From assembly GCA_036264535.1 (NCBI GenBank), contig DATAQT010000092.1, forward strand, positions 33,617 through 97,616: 64,000 nt of DNA. Reading direction: 5' to 3'. Source of the DNA: Paraburkholderia sp. (GTDB taxonomy: Bacteria; Pseudomonadota; Gammaproteobacteria; Burkholderiales; Burkholderiaceae). The notes below the pieces were generated by a model. The model did not search any database. It saw only the letters and a list, made by a program, of their open reading frames with translations, and was not told where the DNA came from. The position numbers and the translations under genes are program-made. Below, piece after piece: positions 9,949 through 20,823 of this stretch (position 1 is its first letter; each line of letters opens with the position of its first letter).

Positions 9949-10589
9949 ATTCACACGCCGTCTATATGATTCTCGATCTGATCGGCACCTTCGTATTCGC
10001 GATCAGCGGCGCGGTCGCCGCGCGTCAACGAAGACTCGACCTGTTCGGCATCGTCGTGATCGCCTTCATGGTGGCGTGCGGCGGCGGTATCGTGCGCGAC
10101 CTCTGCATTGGCGCGATCCCACCGGCGGGGCTGTCGAACTGGCGATATCTGGCTGTCGCGCTAGCCGCGTCGGCGGTGACGATTCTCGCGTATCCGCAGG
10201 TGCGCCGGCTGCGTCAGCCGGTGCTGTTCTTCGACGCGATCGGGCTCGGTCTGTTCGCGGTGTCGGGCGCGCAGAAAACGCTCGCGTATGGCCACAATGC
10301 CGAGCTCGCGATTCTGCTCGGCATCGTCAGCGCGGTGGGCGGCGGTGTGATGCGCGATGTCGTGCTCTCGCGCGTGCCCGCGATTCTGGAGCGCGAGATC
10401 TATGCATCGGCCGCGCTGTTCGGCGCGGCGGTGCAGGTCGGCTTTTCGTATGCGGGCTGGACCGACTGGTGGACACCGTGGTTCGCCACGCTGGCGTGCG
10501 TGATGGTGCGGCTGGCTTCGCTGCGCTACGGCTGGCGGCTGCCCGTGTTCCAGGGTAGACGCACGGCCGAAACGCGCGACAATTCATAA
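9945..10589 (+). CDS. UPF0126/TRIC-family membrane protein (YadS-like)
   Basis: Duplicated GGGxxRD motifs, DAIGLG, EIYA; GTGA overlap with the M20 stop. Confidence 0.88.
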   Translation: MNSHAVYMILDLIGTFVFAISGAVAARQRRLDLFGIVVIAFMVACGGGIVRDLCIGAIPPAGLSNWRYLAVALAASAVTILAYPQVRRLRQPVLFFDAIGLGLFAVSGAQKTLAYGHNAELAILLGIVSAVGGGVMRDVVLSRVPAILEREIYASAALFGAAVQVGFSYAGWTDWWTPWFATLACVMVRLASLRYGWRLPVFQGRRTAETRDNS

Positions 10590-10693
10590 CGGCCCCTTTC
10601 GCGCTTCAGCGCGTAGTGCCGCCGCTCACGTTCGTCGCGCAGCGGTGCTGAACGTATCGCTAAACACGAACGCCGAAGCAAGCGCAAAGCGTC

Positions 10694-11929
10694 TCACGCG
10701 GCACGCAACGCCTTCTGACATGCCGCGAGCACCGCGCCAGCGGCGAGCAGCAGCGCCGAGTACACGAGCCCGCGCGCGAGCCCCGCACTATCCGAGACCC
10801 AGCCGATCACGACCGGCCCGACTATCTGCCCGAACGCGAACACGATCGTGAAGGCGCTGATGCCCTTCGCCCAGTGGCGCGCGGGCAGATTGTGGCGCAC
10901 GAACGCGGTCGTCGACGCGACCGCCGACAGGAACGTCGCGCCGAACAGCGTGCCCGACACGAACGCGACCCACGGCTGCGTGAACAGCGCGGGCAGCAGC
11001 GTCGCGATCGCGAGCAGTGCGTTGAGCACCGCGAGCGCCTGGCCGCCGCGCATACGATCGAGCAGCCTCGACCAGATCCGCGCCGACACCACGGTCGCCG
11101 CGCCCAGCAGCAGATAGAAACCGGTGACGACCGCCGCGCTCATGCCGGCATTGCGCAGCAGCGCGACGATGAACGTCATGTAGCCGATATAGCCGACGCC
11201 GAACAGGCCATAGCCCACGAGCGCGGCAGCAAATTGCGGCCAGCGTGGCGGGTTGGCGACGTCGGTGACGCCCGCAACCGAGGCCGCGCTCAGATGCGCA
11301 CGCTCGATCCTGCGCGATGCGCCGATCGCGACCGCGGCGAACAGCGCGCAGGCCACAGCGAGCGCGAACCACGCGAATTGCCAGCCGTGGGCGACGTCGA
11401 GGATCGTCACCGGCACCAGCAGCGACGACGCGACGATCCCCCATCCGGTGCCGCCGTAATACAGACCGAGGACGAGCCCCGCATCGCGCGGACGCGTCGA
11501 TGCCAGCCGCGCCGCGAGCACGCCGCCGCCGATGAAGATCGCCGCGCTGCTCGCGCCGGTGATCACGCGCAACGTCAGCAGCGCATGCGTGCCGGCCGTG
11601 AGGCCGCCGCCGGCCATCAGCAGCGCGGTCAGCACGCAGCCGCCCGCGAACAGTGCGCCCGCCGACCAACGGCGCGCGAGGCGTGGAAACACGAGCGCGC
11701 CGAGCAGATAGCCGAGCGCGTTGGCGGTGTTCATCGCGCCGGCCTGCGCGAAGCTCCAGCCGAGGTCGAGTTTCATCGACGGCAGGAGCAACGCGTACGC
11801 GAAGCGCGCGAGGCCGAGCGCGATCGCGCTGCCGAGTGATAGCGCGGCGGCGAGCAGCAGTGTCGGCAGGCGTTGGGCCTCGGAGGTGGTCGGAGAGTGC
11901 GAGGCGGTGTCGACGGAACGGAAGGACAT
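10694..11929 (-). CDS. YbfB/YjiJ-family MFS transporter
   Basis: GLARFAYALLLP N-terminal motif; about 12 hydrophobic segments. Confidence 0.88.
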   Translation of the reverse strand: MSFRSVDTASHSPTTSEAQRLPTLLLAAALSLGSAIALGLARFAYALLLPSMKLDLGWSFAQAGAMNTANALGYLLGALVFPRLARRWSAGALFAGGCVLTALLMAGGGLTAGTHALLTLRVITGASSAAIFIGGGVLAARLASTRPRDAGLVLGLYYGGTGWGIVASSLLVPVTILDVAHGWQFAWFALAVACALFAAVAIGASRRIERAHLSAASVAGVTDVANPPRWPQFAAALVGYGLFGVGYIGYMTFIVALLRNAGMSAAVVTGFYLLLGAATVVSARIWSRLLDRMRGGQALAVLNALLAIATLLPALFTQPWVAFVSGTLFGATFLSAVASTTAFVRHNLPARHWAKGISAFTIVFAFGQIVGPVVIGWVSDSAGLARGLVYSALLLAAGAVLAACQKALRAA

Positions 11930-12036
11930 GGGCGGACGGACTTGAACGGGAACGCTGCGAGCCGGTTCGGGTTGGCTGGTGGGACGGACGGATGCGGCAG
12001 ATGGCCATCATAGCCGGAAGCGACATTTTGGCCGCT

Positions 12037-12900
12037 CTATCCGCCCGCCCCTTCCGGCTCATGCGGCACGAGCCTCGCCTTCGCGTGGCGCATCTTTTCC
12101 AGCGTCTCGGGCCCGGCCTTCAGCGCGACGCCGATCGCGAGCGCGTCCATGATGCACAGATGCACGAGCCGCGACACGCCCGGCGTATTCGGATCGATTG
12201 GGCTCGCCACGCGCAGCAGCAGCGGAATATCGACGAGCCATGCGAGCCGCGAGCCGACGTTGGTCAGCGCGATCGTCGTCGCGCCGCGCTCCTTCGCGAT
12301 CTGGATGCTCTCGTTCACTTCGACGCTGCGCCCCGAATGCGAGATCGCGAACGCCACGTCGCCGGGTTCCATCAGGCCCGCGTAAAGCCGTTGCAAATGA
12401 CCGTCGGTAAACGCGGCCGCCGCGATGTCGATGCGCAAAAAGCGCAGCGCGGCGTCCTGCGCGACGAGCCCCGAGCCCGAGCCGACCCCGAAGAAAAACA
12501 CGCGCCGGGCGCTGGAGAGCGCCGCGATCGCGCTTTCGACCACGGCCGGATCGAGCGCGCCGCGCGCATGCGTGATGCCGTCGATCGCCGCCTCGCCGAC
12601 CTTGTCCATCAAGGTCTGCACGTCGTCGTCGCGCGCGACCGCGGTCGACGCATACGGCAGCCCGCCCGCCACGCTCTGCGCGAGTTGCATCTTGAAGTCG
12701 CGCAGACCGTGCGCACCGATCGCGCGGCAAAAACGCGTGACGGAAGGCTCGGACACCTCCGCGCGCTGCGCAAGTTCGGTGATGCTCGCACGCATCGCGA
12801 AGTCGACGTCGGCGAGCACCATGTCGGCGACCTTGCGCTCGGCGGGCCGCAGACTCGCGAGTGCGCTGCGGATGTGGGGAATCAAGTTCGGTGCGGACAC
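12037..12900 (-). CDS. RpiR/MurR-family regulator (HTH + SIS)
   Basis: SITELAQRAEVSEPSVTRFCR HTH; GVGSGS and ISHSGRS SIS motifs. Confidence 0.92.
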   Translation of the reverse strand: MSAPNLIPHIRSALASLRPAERKVADMVLADVDFAMRASITELAQRAEVSEPSVTRFCRAIGAHGLRDFKMQLAQSVAGGLPYASTAVARDDDVQTLMDKVGEAAIDGITHARGALDPAVVESAIAALSSARRVFFFGVGSGSGLVAQDAALRFLRIDIAAAAFTDGHLQRLYAGLMEPGDVAFAISHSGRSVEVNESIQIAKERGATTIALTNVGSRLAWLVDIPLLLRVASPIDPNTPGVSRLVHLCIMDALAIGVALKAGPETLEKMRHAKARLVPHEPEGAGG

Positions 12901-12996
12901 CCGGTGTTTCCTTAGGGTCTGTTTGCGTATGGATCCGCGTCGCCTGCAGCTTCTTCGGCTTCAATCGCCCTGATCAACGTTCGAGCCGCGCGCGGT

Positions 12997-14079
<1,083 letters not shown>

Positions 14080-14142
14080 GCTGTCCTCATTGTCTTGCTG
14101 CGTGTTGTATTTGCGGGTGTCCTATCGCACGCGCGGCGCGGC

Positions 14143-14916
14143 TCAGAACGACTCGAGCGTCAGCTCCTGCGCCATCAAGCGGTTGCCCGCCATCAAGCCG
14201 CCGTCGACCGGCAGCGCAACGCCGGTGATCACGCGCGCTTGCGGCGAGGCTAGAAACAGCACCGCGTCGGCGATGTCGCCGGGCGTCGCGAAGTCGCCCA
14301 ACGGGTACCACTTCTTCAGTTCCTCGAAGACCTGCGGATTCTTGTCGACGCGCGCCTGCCACGCCTGCGTCTTCACGGTGCCCGGACACACGATGTTCGC
14401 GCGAATGCCGTAACGGCCCAGCTCGATCGCGAGCGCCTTGGTATAGCTGATCAGGCCGGCCTTCGCCGCGCTATACGCGGGATGACCAAGAGCTGCGAGA
14501 CCGTTCACCGAGCCGATCAGCACGAGCACGCCGCGCTGCCGCTCGATCATCGACGCGCGCACCGCCTCGACCGTGTGGTAGGTGCCGTTCAGATTCAGGT
14601 GGATGTCACGCTGCCAGCTCGCGGCGTCGGTGCTCGCGAGCGACGCGCCGAGCGCCGCGCCCGCGTTCGCGACCAGCACGTCGACCGGCCCGCGCTGCGC
14701 GACCGCCTCGGCCACCGCTTGCTGCACCGCGGCAGCGTCGCCGAGATCCACCGCGACCGGCACGACCTTGTCCTCGCCGAGTTGCGCGCAGAGCGTTTGC
14801 AGCGCGGCCGCGTCGATGTCGAGCGCGAGCACCGTATCGCCCTCGTCGACGAAGCGCTCGCATAACACGCTGCCGATACCACCGCATGCGCCCGTTACCA
14901 ACACGACACGATCCAT
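14143..14916 (-). CDS. short-chain dehydrogenase/reductase
   Basis: TGACGGIG, NAG and YSAAK motifs. Confidence 0.92.
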   Translation of the reverse strand: MDRVVLVTGACGGIGSVLCERFVDEGDTVLALDIDAAALQTLCAQLGEDKVVPVAVDLGDAAAVQQAVAEAVAQRGPVDVLVANAGAALGASLASTDAASWQRDIHLNLNGTYHTVEAVRASMIERQRGVLVLIGSVNGLAALGHPAYSAAKAGLISYTKALAIELGRYGIRANIVCPGTVKTQAWQARVDKNPQVFEELKKWYPLGDFATPGDIADAVLFLASPQARVITGVALPVDGGLMAGNRLMAQELTLESF

Positions 14917-14996
14917 GTGATCCTCGCTCGTTCGGCCGGCCGTTTCAGCCGTCTTGCCGTCGCCTTCCGCCACCCGGTTCACGCTGGGCGCCGTAC

Positions 14997-15011
14997 TGTA
15001 AATTTCCTACA
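14997..15011. promoter_or_regulatory. candidate RpiR operator in the divergent promoter
   Basis: TGTAAATTTCCTACA fits TGTAR-N5-YTACA; a degenerate second copy TGTAGGATTTTTTCA lies at 15163-15177. Confidence 0.55.
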
Positions 15012-15234
15012 TGGCCAACTGGCAACGCTTGCCGGTTCATCCCGAAGAGTGGGTTTCCTACCGTCTCGCAGTGCAGAATACTCCATGCTTTACAGCATCT
15101 TAGGCACAAAACCGGCCGAGAAAAAATATCGCAGACCCTACGTGACAAGCTATTTTGCGTCATGTAGGATTTTTTCAAACAATTTACCCAAGGCGGCCGG
15201 CGACGGCAGCAAACCACCCACAGGAGAGAGAAAA

Positions 15235-16467
15235 ATGTCGTTGCATGCCCGTGCTTCCCTCGCGCTAGGCAAAGTCGCCGTGGCGCTCGCGTTTGCAGGT
15301 ATCGCCGTGTCAGCCCACGCCGACACGGTCCGCGTGACGGTCGCTCACTACAGCGACGCGACCGCGCCGTACTTCGAGAAAATGGCCCGCAACTTCGAGA
15401 AGGCCAACCCCGGCACGACCATCAAGATCGAAGACGTGAACTGGGACACGCTGCAACAGAAGCTGCAAACGGATATCTCGGGCGGCGCCAACGCCGACCT
15501 CGCGATCGTCGGCACGCGCTGGCTGCTCGACTTCGTGAAGGACGACGTTGCCGAGCCGCTCGACGGCTATATGGACGCGAACTTCAAGGCGCGCTTCATC
15601 GGTCCGTTCCTGGCTCCCGGCCAGATCAACGGCAAGACCTACGGCCTGCCGATCGCCGCTTCCGCGCGCGCGCTGTACTACAACAAGGACATGCTCGCGA
15701 AGGTCGGCTACCCCGACGGCCCGAAGACCTGGAACGACGTGATCGATGCATCGAAGAAGCTGAAGGCGCAAGGCATCGCCGGCTTCGGTCTGCAAGGCAA
15801 GGAAATCGAAACCGACGTCTACTATTACTACGCGCTGTGGACGATGGGCGGCGACGTGGTCGGCAAGGACGGCAAGGCCGCGTTCAATTCACCCGCGGGC
15901 GTGAAGGCCGCGACGATGTACAAGCAGATGATCGACCAGGGCCTCACGCAACCGGGCGTCACGGGCTATAGCCGCGAAGACGTGCAGAACCTCTTCAAGC
16001 AGGGCCGCGTCGCGATGGTGATCTCCGCGCCGTTCCTCGCCAAGCAGATCAAGAAGGAAGCGCCGAACCTGAAGTACGGCATCGATCCGGTGCCGATGGG
16101 CACGACGCACGCCACCTACGCGGTCACCGACTCGATCGTGATGTTCAAGAACTCGAAGGTGAAGAAGACCGCGTGGAAGTTCCTCGACTATCTGTTCACG
16201 AAGGAACCGCGCGTCGAGTTCACGACGACCGAAGGTTTCCTGCCGACCACGAAGGCCGAAGCGACGGACCCGGCGTTCAACGATCCGGACCTCAAGGCAT
16301 TCATCGCGCTGCTGCCCACGGCTCACTTCGCGCCGACCGTGACCGGCTGGGAAGACACCGCGAAGGCCGTGAGCGACGGGATGCAGGCGATCTACCTGAA
16401 CAAGGCGCAACCGGCTGACGCGTTGAATGCGGCGGCTGCGCAGGCGAACAAGTCGCTCGGTCACTGA
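15235..16467 (+). CDS. sugar ABC transporter solute-binding protein
   Basis: AGGAG RBS, signal peptide, SBP_bac_1 pattern (GKTYGLP, LYYNKDM, AWKFLDYL). Confidence 0.93.
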   Translation: MSLHARASLALGKVAVALAFAGIAVSAHADTVRVTVAHYSDATAPYFEKMARNFEKANPGTTIKIEDVNWDTLQQKLQTDISGGANADLAIVGTRWLLDFVKDDVAEPLDGYMDANFKARFIGPFLAPGQINGKTYGLPIAASARALYYNKDMLAKVGYPDGPKTWNDVIDASKKLKAQGIAGFGLQGKEIETDVYYYYALWTMGGDVVGKDGKAAFNSPAGVKAATMYKQMIDQGLTQPGVTGYSREDVQNLFKQGRVAMVISAPFLAKQIKKEAPNLKYGIDPVPMGTTHATYAVTDSIVMFKNSKVKKTAWKFLDYLFTKEPRVEFTTTEGFLPTTKAEATDPAFNDPDLKAFIALLPTAHFAPTVTGWEDTAKAVSDGMQAIYLNKAQPADALNAAAAQANKSLGH

Positions 16468-16641
16468 TACGCGGCTTTTGGCAGTAACGAGGTAAACAGG
16501 AAACGCGCGGCGCCGTTACGACGGCGTCGCGCGCTCCGTCGCGCCACCCGCGCAATCGAGCCGTCGCAGCACGATGCACTCTCCGGCCCATTCCGCCGCG
16601 CCCGCCGTCCGATGGCGGGCGCGTCTTACGATCGAGCACGC

Positions 16642-17532
16642 ATGAGCCGTTCCGTTTCTCCGCGCACGCACGCGCCCTGGTTGCTGATTGCGCCGAGCCT
16701 CGTGCTCGCGCTGTTCATCATCAGCTATCCGATTTTCAACATCGTGTGGCAATCGCTGCATGAGGTATCGCGCTTCGGCGCGATCCGCGACTTCACCGGC
16801 GCGCAGAATTTCATCAACGTGTTCGAGGACCCGGTGTTTCTCGCTTCCGTGCGCCGCACGATCATCTGGACCGTGTGCGTGGTTGGCGGCACGGTGGCAA
16901 TCTCGGTACCTGTCGCGCTGATTCTGAATCAGGACTTTCACGGCCGCGGCATCGCGCGCACGATCGTAATGCTGCCGTGGTCCGTGTCACTGACGATGAC
17001 CGCCGTCGTCTGGCGCTGGGCCTTCAACGACGACTACGGCATGGTCAACGTCACGCTGCAGCGGCTCGGCCTGATCGGCGGGCCGATTCATTGGCTCGCC
17101 ACGCCCGAGTTCGCGTTTCCCGTCGAAATCGCGGTCGGCATTCTGGTGTCGATTCCGTTCACGGTGACGATTTTTCTCGGCGGCCTGTCTTCGGTGCCGG
17201 GCGATATCTATGAAGCGGCGCGGATCGACGGCGCCAGCGCCTGGCAGCAGTTCCGTCAATTGACGATGCCGTTGCTGCGCCCGTTCATCAACATGGCGAT
17301 CCTGCTGAACGTGATCTACGTGTTCAACTCGTTTCCGATCATCTGGGTGATGACGCAAGGCGGCCCCGACAACAGCACGCACATCCTCGTCACCTATCTG
17401 TACGAACTCGGCTTCCGGCTCGGGCGTCCCGGCGAGGCGGCCGCCGTTTCGCTGATCATGCTCGTCATGCTGTTCGCGTTCTCGATCGCTTATCTGCGTC
17501 TGCAACGCACGAAAGAAGGAGTGCCGTCATGA
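16642..17532 (+). CDS. sugar ABC permease
   Basis: YEAARIDGAS EAA loop. Confidence 0.93.
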   Translation: MSRSVSPRTHAPWLLIAPSLVLALFIISYPIFNIVWQSLHEVSRFGAIRDFTGAQNFINVFEDPVFLASVRRTIIWTVCVVGGTVAISVPVALILNQDFHGRGIARTIVMLPWSVSLTMTAVVWRWAFNDDYGMVNVTLQRLGLIGGPIHWLATPEFAFPVEIAVGILVSIPFTVTIFLGGLSSVPGDIYEAARIDGASAWQQFRQLTMPLLRPFINMAILLNVIYVFNSFPIIWVMTQGGPDNSTHILVTYLYELGFRLGRPGEAAAVSLIMLVMLFAFSIAYLRLQRTKEGVPS

Positions 17533-18380
17533 GTCTGAGCGCGAAGACGAAACGCTCGCTGTGGTGCTGGCTCGCGCTATTGCCGCTCGTGATCGTCATC
17601 CTGTTTCCGTTCGCGGTGATGTTCTTCACCGCGGTCAAGCCGGCCTCGGAGATCTTCGTTTACCCGGCGCGCTGGCTGCCGGTGCAGTGGCAGTGGCGCA
17701 ATTTCATCGACATGTGGGACGCGGCCAACTTCGGTGTCGCGCTGCGCAACAGCACGATCATCAGCTTTCTGTCCACCGCGCTCGCACTCGCGGTGAGCCT
17801 GCCCGCCGCTTACGCGCTCGCGCGCTTTCCGTTTCGCGGACGCGGACTGTATCGGCAGTTCCTGCTGGTCACGCAGATGCTCTCGCCGATCCTGCTCGTG
17901 GTCGGCCTGTTCCGGCTCGCCGCGATGATTCCGTGGGGCGACGGCAACCTGGTCGATTCGAGGATCGGCGTGATCGTGTCGTACGCGGCGTTCAATATCG
18001 CGTTCGCGGTGTGGATGCTGTCGTCGTACTTTCAGACCGTGCCGCAGGATCTCGAAGAATCCGCGTGGCTCGAAGGCTGCAGCCGCACGCGCGCGGTGTT
18101 CAAGGTGTTCCTGCCGCTCGCGGTGCCGGCCATCGTCGTGACCGCGATCTTCACGTTCATCAACGCGTGGAACGAGTTCGCGGTCGTTTATACGCTGATC
18201 CGCTCGCCGGAGAACAAGACGTTGACCGTGCAGGTGACCGATATGGTCGCGGGCAAGTACGTGGTCGAATGGCATCTGGTGATGGCCGCGACGTTGTGCG
18301 CGACGTTGCCGGTTTCGATCGTGTTTGCGTGGTTGCAGCGCTATATGGTGAAGGGGCTCGCGCTGGGTGCGGTGAAGTAA
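17529..18380 (+). CDS. sugar ABC permease
   Basis: LEESAWLEGCS EAA loop, C-terminal GAVK. Confidence 0.93.
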   Translation: MSLSAKTKRSLWCWLALLPLVIVILFPFAVMFFTAVKPASEIFVYPARWLPVQWQWRNFIDMWDAANFGVALRNSTIISFLSTALALAVSLPAAYALARFPFRGRGLYRQFLLVTQMLSPILLVVGLFRLAAMIPWGDGNLVDSRIGVIVSYAAFNIAFAVWMLSSYFQTVPQDLEESAWLEGCSRTRAVFKVFLPLAVPAIVVTAIFTFINAWNEFAVVYTLIRSPENKTLTVQVTDMVAGKYVVEWHLVMAATLCATLPVSIVFAWLQRYMVKGLALGAVK

Positions 18381-18433
18381 GCTTAAGTTGCTGCGCGGCG
18401 CATGCCGCGCAGTATTCGCATGCGGGGCGCGCG

Positions 18434-18727
18434 TTAGTCGGTACCGCGCACGATGCGCAGATCGCGCTCGACGCCATCGCCCAATGCGGCCAGCGCCTTC
18501 TTGTACTCCTCGCTTTCGTAAGCGGCGACGGCCTGCTCGTAGGTCGGGAACTCGATCACGACCGTGCGCTCCTTGAGGCCCTGCTCGCGCGTCTCGTCCG
18601 CCACACCGCGCACGAGAAACTTGCCGCCCGCCGCCGCCACCGCGGCCGGGGCCAGCTGCGCGTACGCGGCCAGTTTCTGCGGATCGTTCGTCTTGCGGTA
18701 CGACGACACCCAATAACCTTTGCTCAT
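18434..18727 (-). CDS. DUF1330 family protein
   Basis: GGKFLVRG and VVIEFPTYEQA motifs; GGAG RBS before MSKGYWV. Confidence 0.85.
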   Translation of the reverse strand: MSKGYWVSSYRKTNDPQKLAAYAQLAPAAVAAAGGKFLVRGVADETREQGLKERTVVIEFPTYEQAVAAYESEEYKKALAALGDGVERDLRIVRGTD

Positions 18728-19018
18728 TCGAATCTCCTTGTGTGATGGGCCCATGCGGGACAAAAGCGGACCAAAGCAGTCGCGGTCATACATAGTAGCA
18801 AAGAGGGATCGCGCTGCCGTACCGTCACCGCACATTCCACCTGCCTGTCAGCGGGTTGCGGCCCACTACCGCGAGCACGTGATCGCGCAGCGCAGGAAGT
18901 GCGCTCTGCCAGCTTCGCAAAACGGTTTAGCCATTAAGCGTTTTGTGCACTACGATTGCCTTTGCCCGTTCCGGGTGTGAGCCGGCAAAACCTGAAGGAC
19001 AATCAACGGAGACAACGA

Positions 19019-20170
19019 ATGAGCGAACGATACGAGTCGTTGTGTGCATGCTGCGGCAGTCCCGAGCATCGGGCGATGAGCCGCCGGACTTTCATGAACC
19101 TGCTGGCGGGCAGCGCCGCCGGGCTCGCGATGCCGTCCACGTTCGCCGCGGATACACCCGCCGTACCCACGATTGCTTACGACTCGATTCCCAACCCCGT
19201 ACGTTTGCCGAACGACGTGTACTTCGGCGAATGCTCGGGCGTCGCGCTCAATTCGCGTGGTCACATCTTCGTGCTGTCGCGCGGCAACTCCACCGGGCCC
19301 GCCTACGGCGCGGCCGCCGCGCAACTGCTCGAGTTCGCGCCCGACGGCCGCTTCGTGCGCGAGATCGGCCACAACCTGTATGCGTGGTCGTTCGCGCACA
19401 CGGTAAAGGTGGACCGGCACGACAACATCTGGGTCACCGACAAGGGCTCCGACATGGTGATCAGGTTCACGCCCGAAGGACGCGTCGCGATGGTGTTCGG
19501 CCGCAAGCAGGAAGCGTCGGACGAAGAGACCGCGCCGCTCAAGCATCCGAATCCGCCGCTGCCGTCCGAACCCGGGCGCTTTCGTCAGGTGACCGACGTC
19601 GCGTGGGACAAGGCGGGCAACACCTATATCAGCGATGGGTACATCAACTCGCGCGTCGCGAAAGTCGATCGCGACGGCAACTGGCTGAAGTCATGGGGTG
19701 ATCGCGGCACCGGTCCGGGCCAGTTCCATACGCCGCATAGCATCGCGGTCGATGCGCACGACCAGGTGTATGTCGCGGATCGCAGCAACCGGCGCATCCA
19801 GGTGTTCGATACAGAAGGCACGTTCCTGCGCCAGTTCACGATCGACGTGCCGGTGCCGCCGGATGCGCGTCCCGCGATCGGCAGCATGCCGAACGAAGCG
19901 GACATCGCGGCGGGCACGTTCGCGCCGGGCTCGCCGTGGGCGATCTGCATTTCGCCGGGACCGAATCAGGTGCTCTATAGCGCCGATGCGTTTCCGGGCC
20001 GCATCTACAAGATGACACTCGACGGCAAGGTGCTCGGCGTGCTCGGCAAAGCGGGCAAACAGCCGAAACAGTTCGGCTGGATTCACGAGATGGCGTGTCC
20101 TTCGGAGAACGTATTATTTGTTGCCGAGTTGCTGAACTGGCGTATTCAGAAGCTGGTACTGCATGCGTGA
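19019..20170 (+). CDS. Tat-exported NHL-repeat beta-propeller (peptidyl-alpha-hydroxyglycine alpha-amidating lyase family)
   Basis: SRRTF Tat motif; YISDGYINSRV and GQFHTPHSIAVD..VYVADRSNRRIQVFD NHL repeats. Confidence 0.85.
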   Translation: MSERYESLCACCGSPEHRAMSRRTFMNLLAGSAAGLAMPSTFAADTPAVPTIAYDSIPNPVRLPNDVYFGECSGVALNSRGHIFVLSRGNSTGPAYGAAAAQLLEFAPDGRFVREIGHNLYAWSFAHTVKVDRHDNIWVTDKGSDMVIRFTPEGRVAMVFGRKQEASDEETAPLKHPNPPLPSEPGRFRQVTDVAWDKAGNTYISDGYINSRVAKVDRDGNWLKSWGDRGTGPGQFHTPHSIAVDAHDQVYVADRSNRRIQVFDTEGTFLRQFTIDVPVPPDARPAIGSMPNEADIAAGTFAPGSPWAICISPGPNQVLYSADAFPGRIYKMTLDGKVLGVLGKAGKQPKQFGWIHEMACPSENVLFVAELLNWRIQKLVLHA

Positions 20171-20178
20171 GGGACCAT

Positions 20179-20205
20179 AGGGCCGCCGCGTTGCGCGACG
20201 GCCCT
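20179..20205. terminator. hairpin between convergent genes
   Basis: AGGGCCG...CGGCCCT inverted repeat. Confidence 0.55.
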
Positions 20206-20212
20206 TGTTCGC

Positions 20213-20653
20213 TCAGTCGTAACGTCGATGCTTGTGATGGTGCTTGCCCGAATGGTAGCCGCGCGAATAGTCGTCGGCATACGAGTTCGAGCGCGAGATG
20301 TTGCCGCCGAGCGCCGAACCTGCGCCGCCGCCTAGCCCCGCGCCGACGAGGCCGCCGGTGCGGCCGCCCATTGCATTGCCAGCCGCTGTGCCCGCCCCGC
20401 CACCGAGCGCGCCGCCGACGATCGCGCCGGTACGCTCGCGGCGATTCGACGTGACCGCGCCGCCCGCACCGCCGCCCACCGCGCCGCCGATCACGGCGCC
20501 GGTGCTGCCGCCCACCGCGCCGCCGACTGCCGCGCCGGCCACGCCACCGAGCGCGCCACCGAGCATGTTGTTCATATCACCGGCGAGTGCCGGCAACGAG
20601 GCTGCGGCGCTCAGTGCAGCCACGGCAACCATCTGGATGATTTTCTTCGACAT
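20213..20653 (-). CDS. exported glycine-zipper protein
   Basis: Signal peptide, repeated GGAxGGxAG units, His/Arg-rich tail. Confidence 0.8.
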   Translation of the reverse strand: MSKKIIQMVAVAALSAAASLPALAGDMNNMLGGALGGVAGAAVGGAVGGSTGAVIGGAVGGGAGGAVTSNRRERTGAIVGGALGGGAGTAAGNAMGGRTGGLVGAGLGGGAGSALGGNISRSNSYADDYSRGYHSGKHHHKHRRYD

Positions 20654-20789
20654 ATCGGGTCTTTGTTTTATGAGACGGCGCCGAGTATAGCGGCGCTTCC
20701 GAAAGGTCGTTGTAACCACGGCAACCTGTGCCGGTAAGACGTGTAACAAAATGAATTTGCCGTTGTTTTTGCGGCAAGCATGAAACACA

Positions 20790-20814
20790 AGGGCCGCTCC
20801 TGATGAGCGGCCCT
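20790..20814 (-). terminator. intrinsic terminator after the phosphatase gene
   Basis: AGGGCCGCTC-loop-GAGCGGCCCT. Confidence 0.6.
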
Positions 20815-20823
20815 CGCTTTCTT

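Noticed and set aside
16500-16540. GC hairpin after the SBP gene as an ncRNA
   Set aside because: Typical intercistronic stabilising stem-loop of sugar ABC operons
20290-20570. GCC-rich repeats as a possible array
   Set aside because: Explained by Gly/Ala codons of the glycine-zipper protein; no repeat-spacer periodicity, and no CRISPR or cas genes were seen in the window
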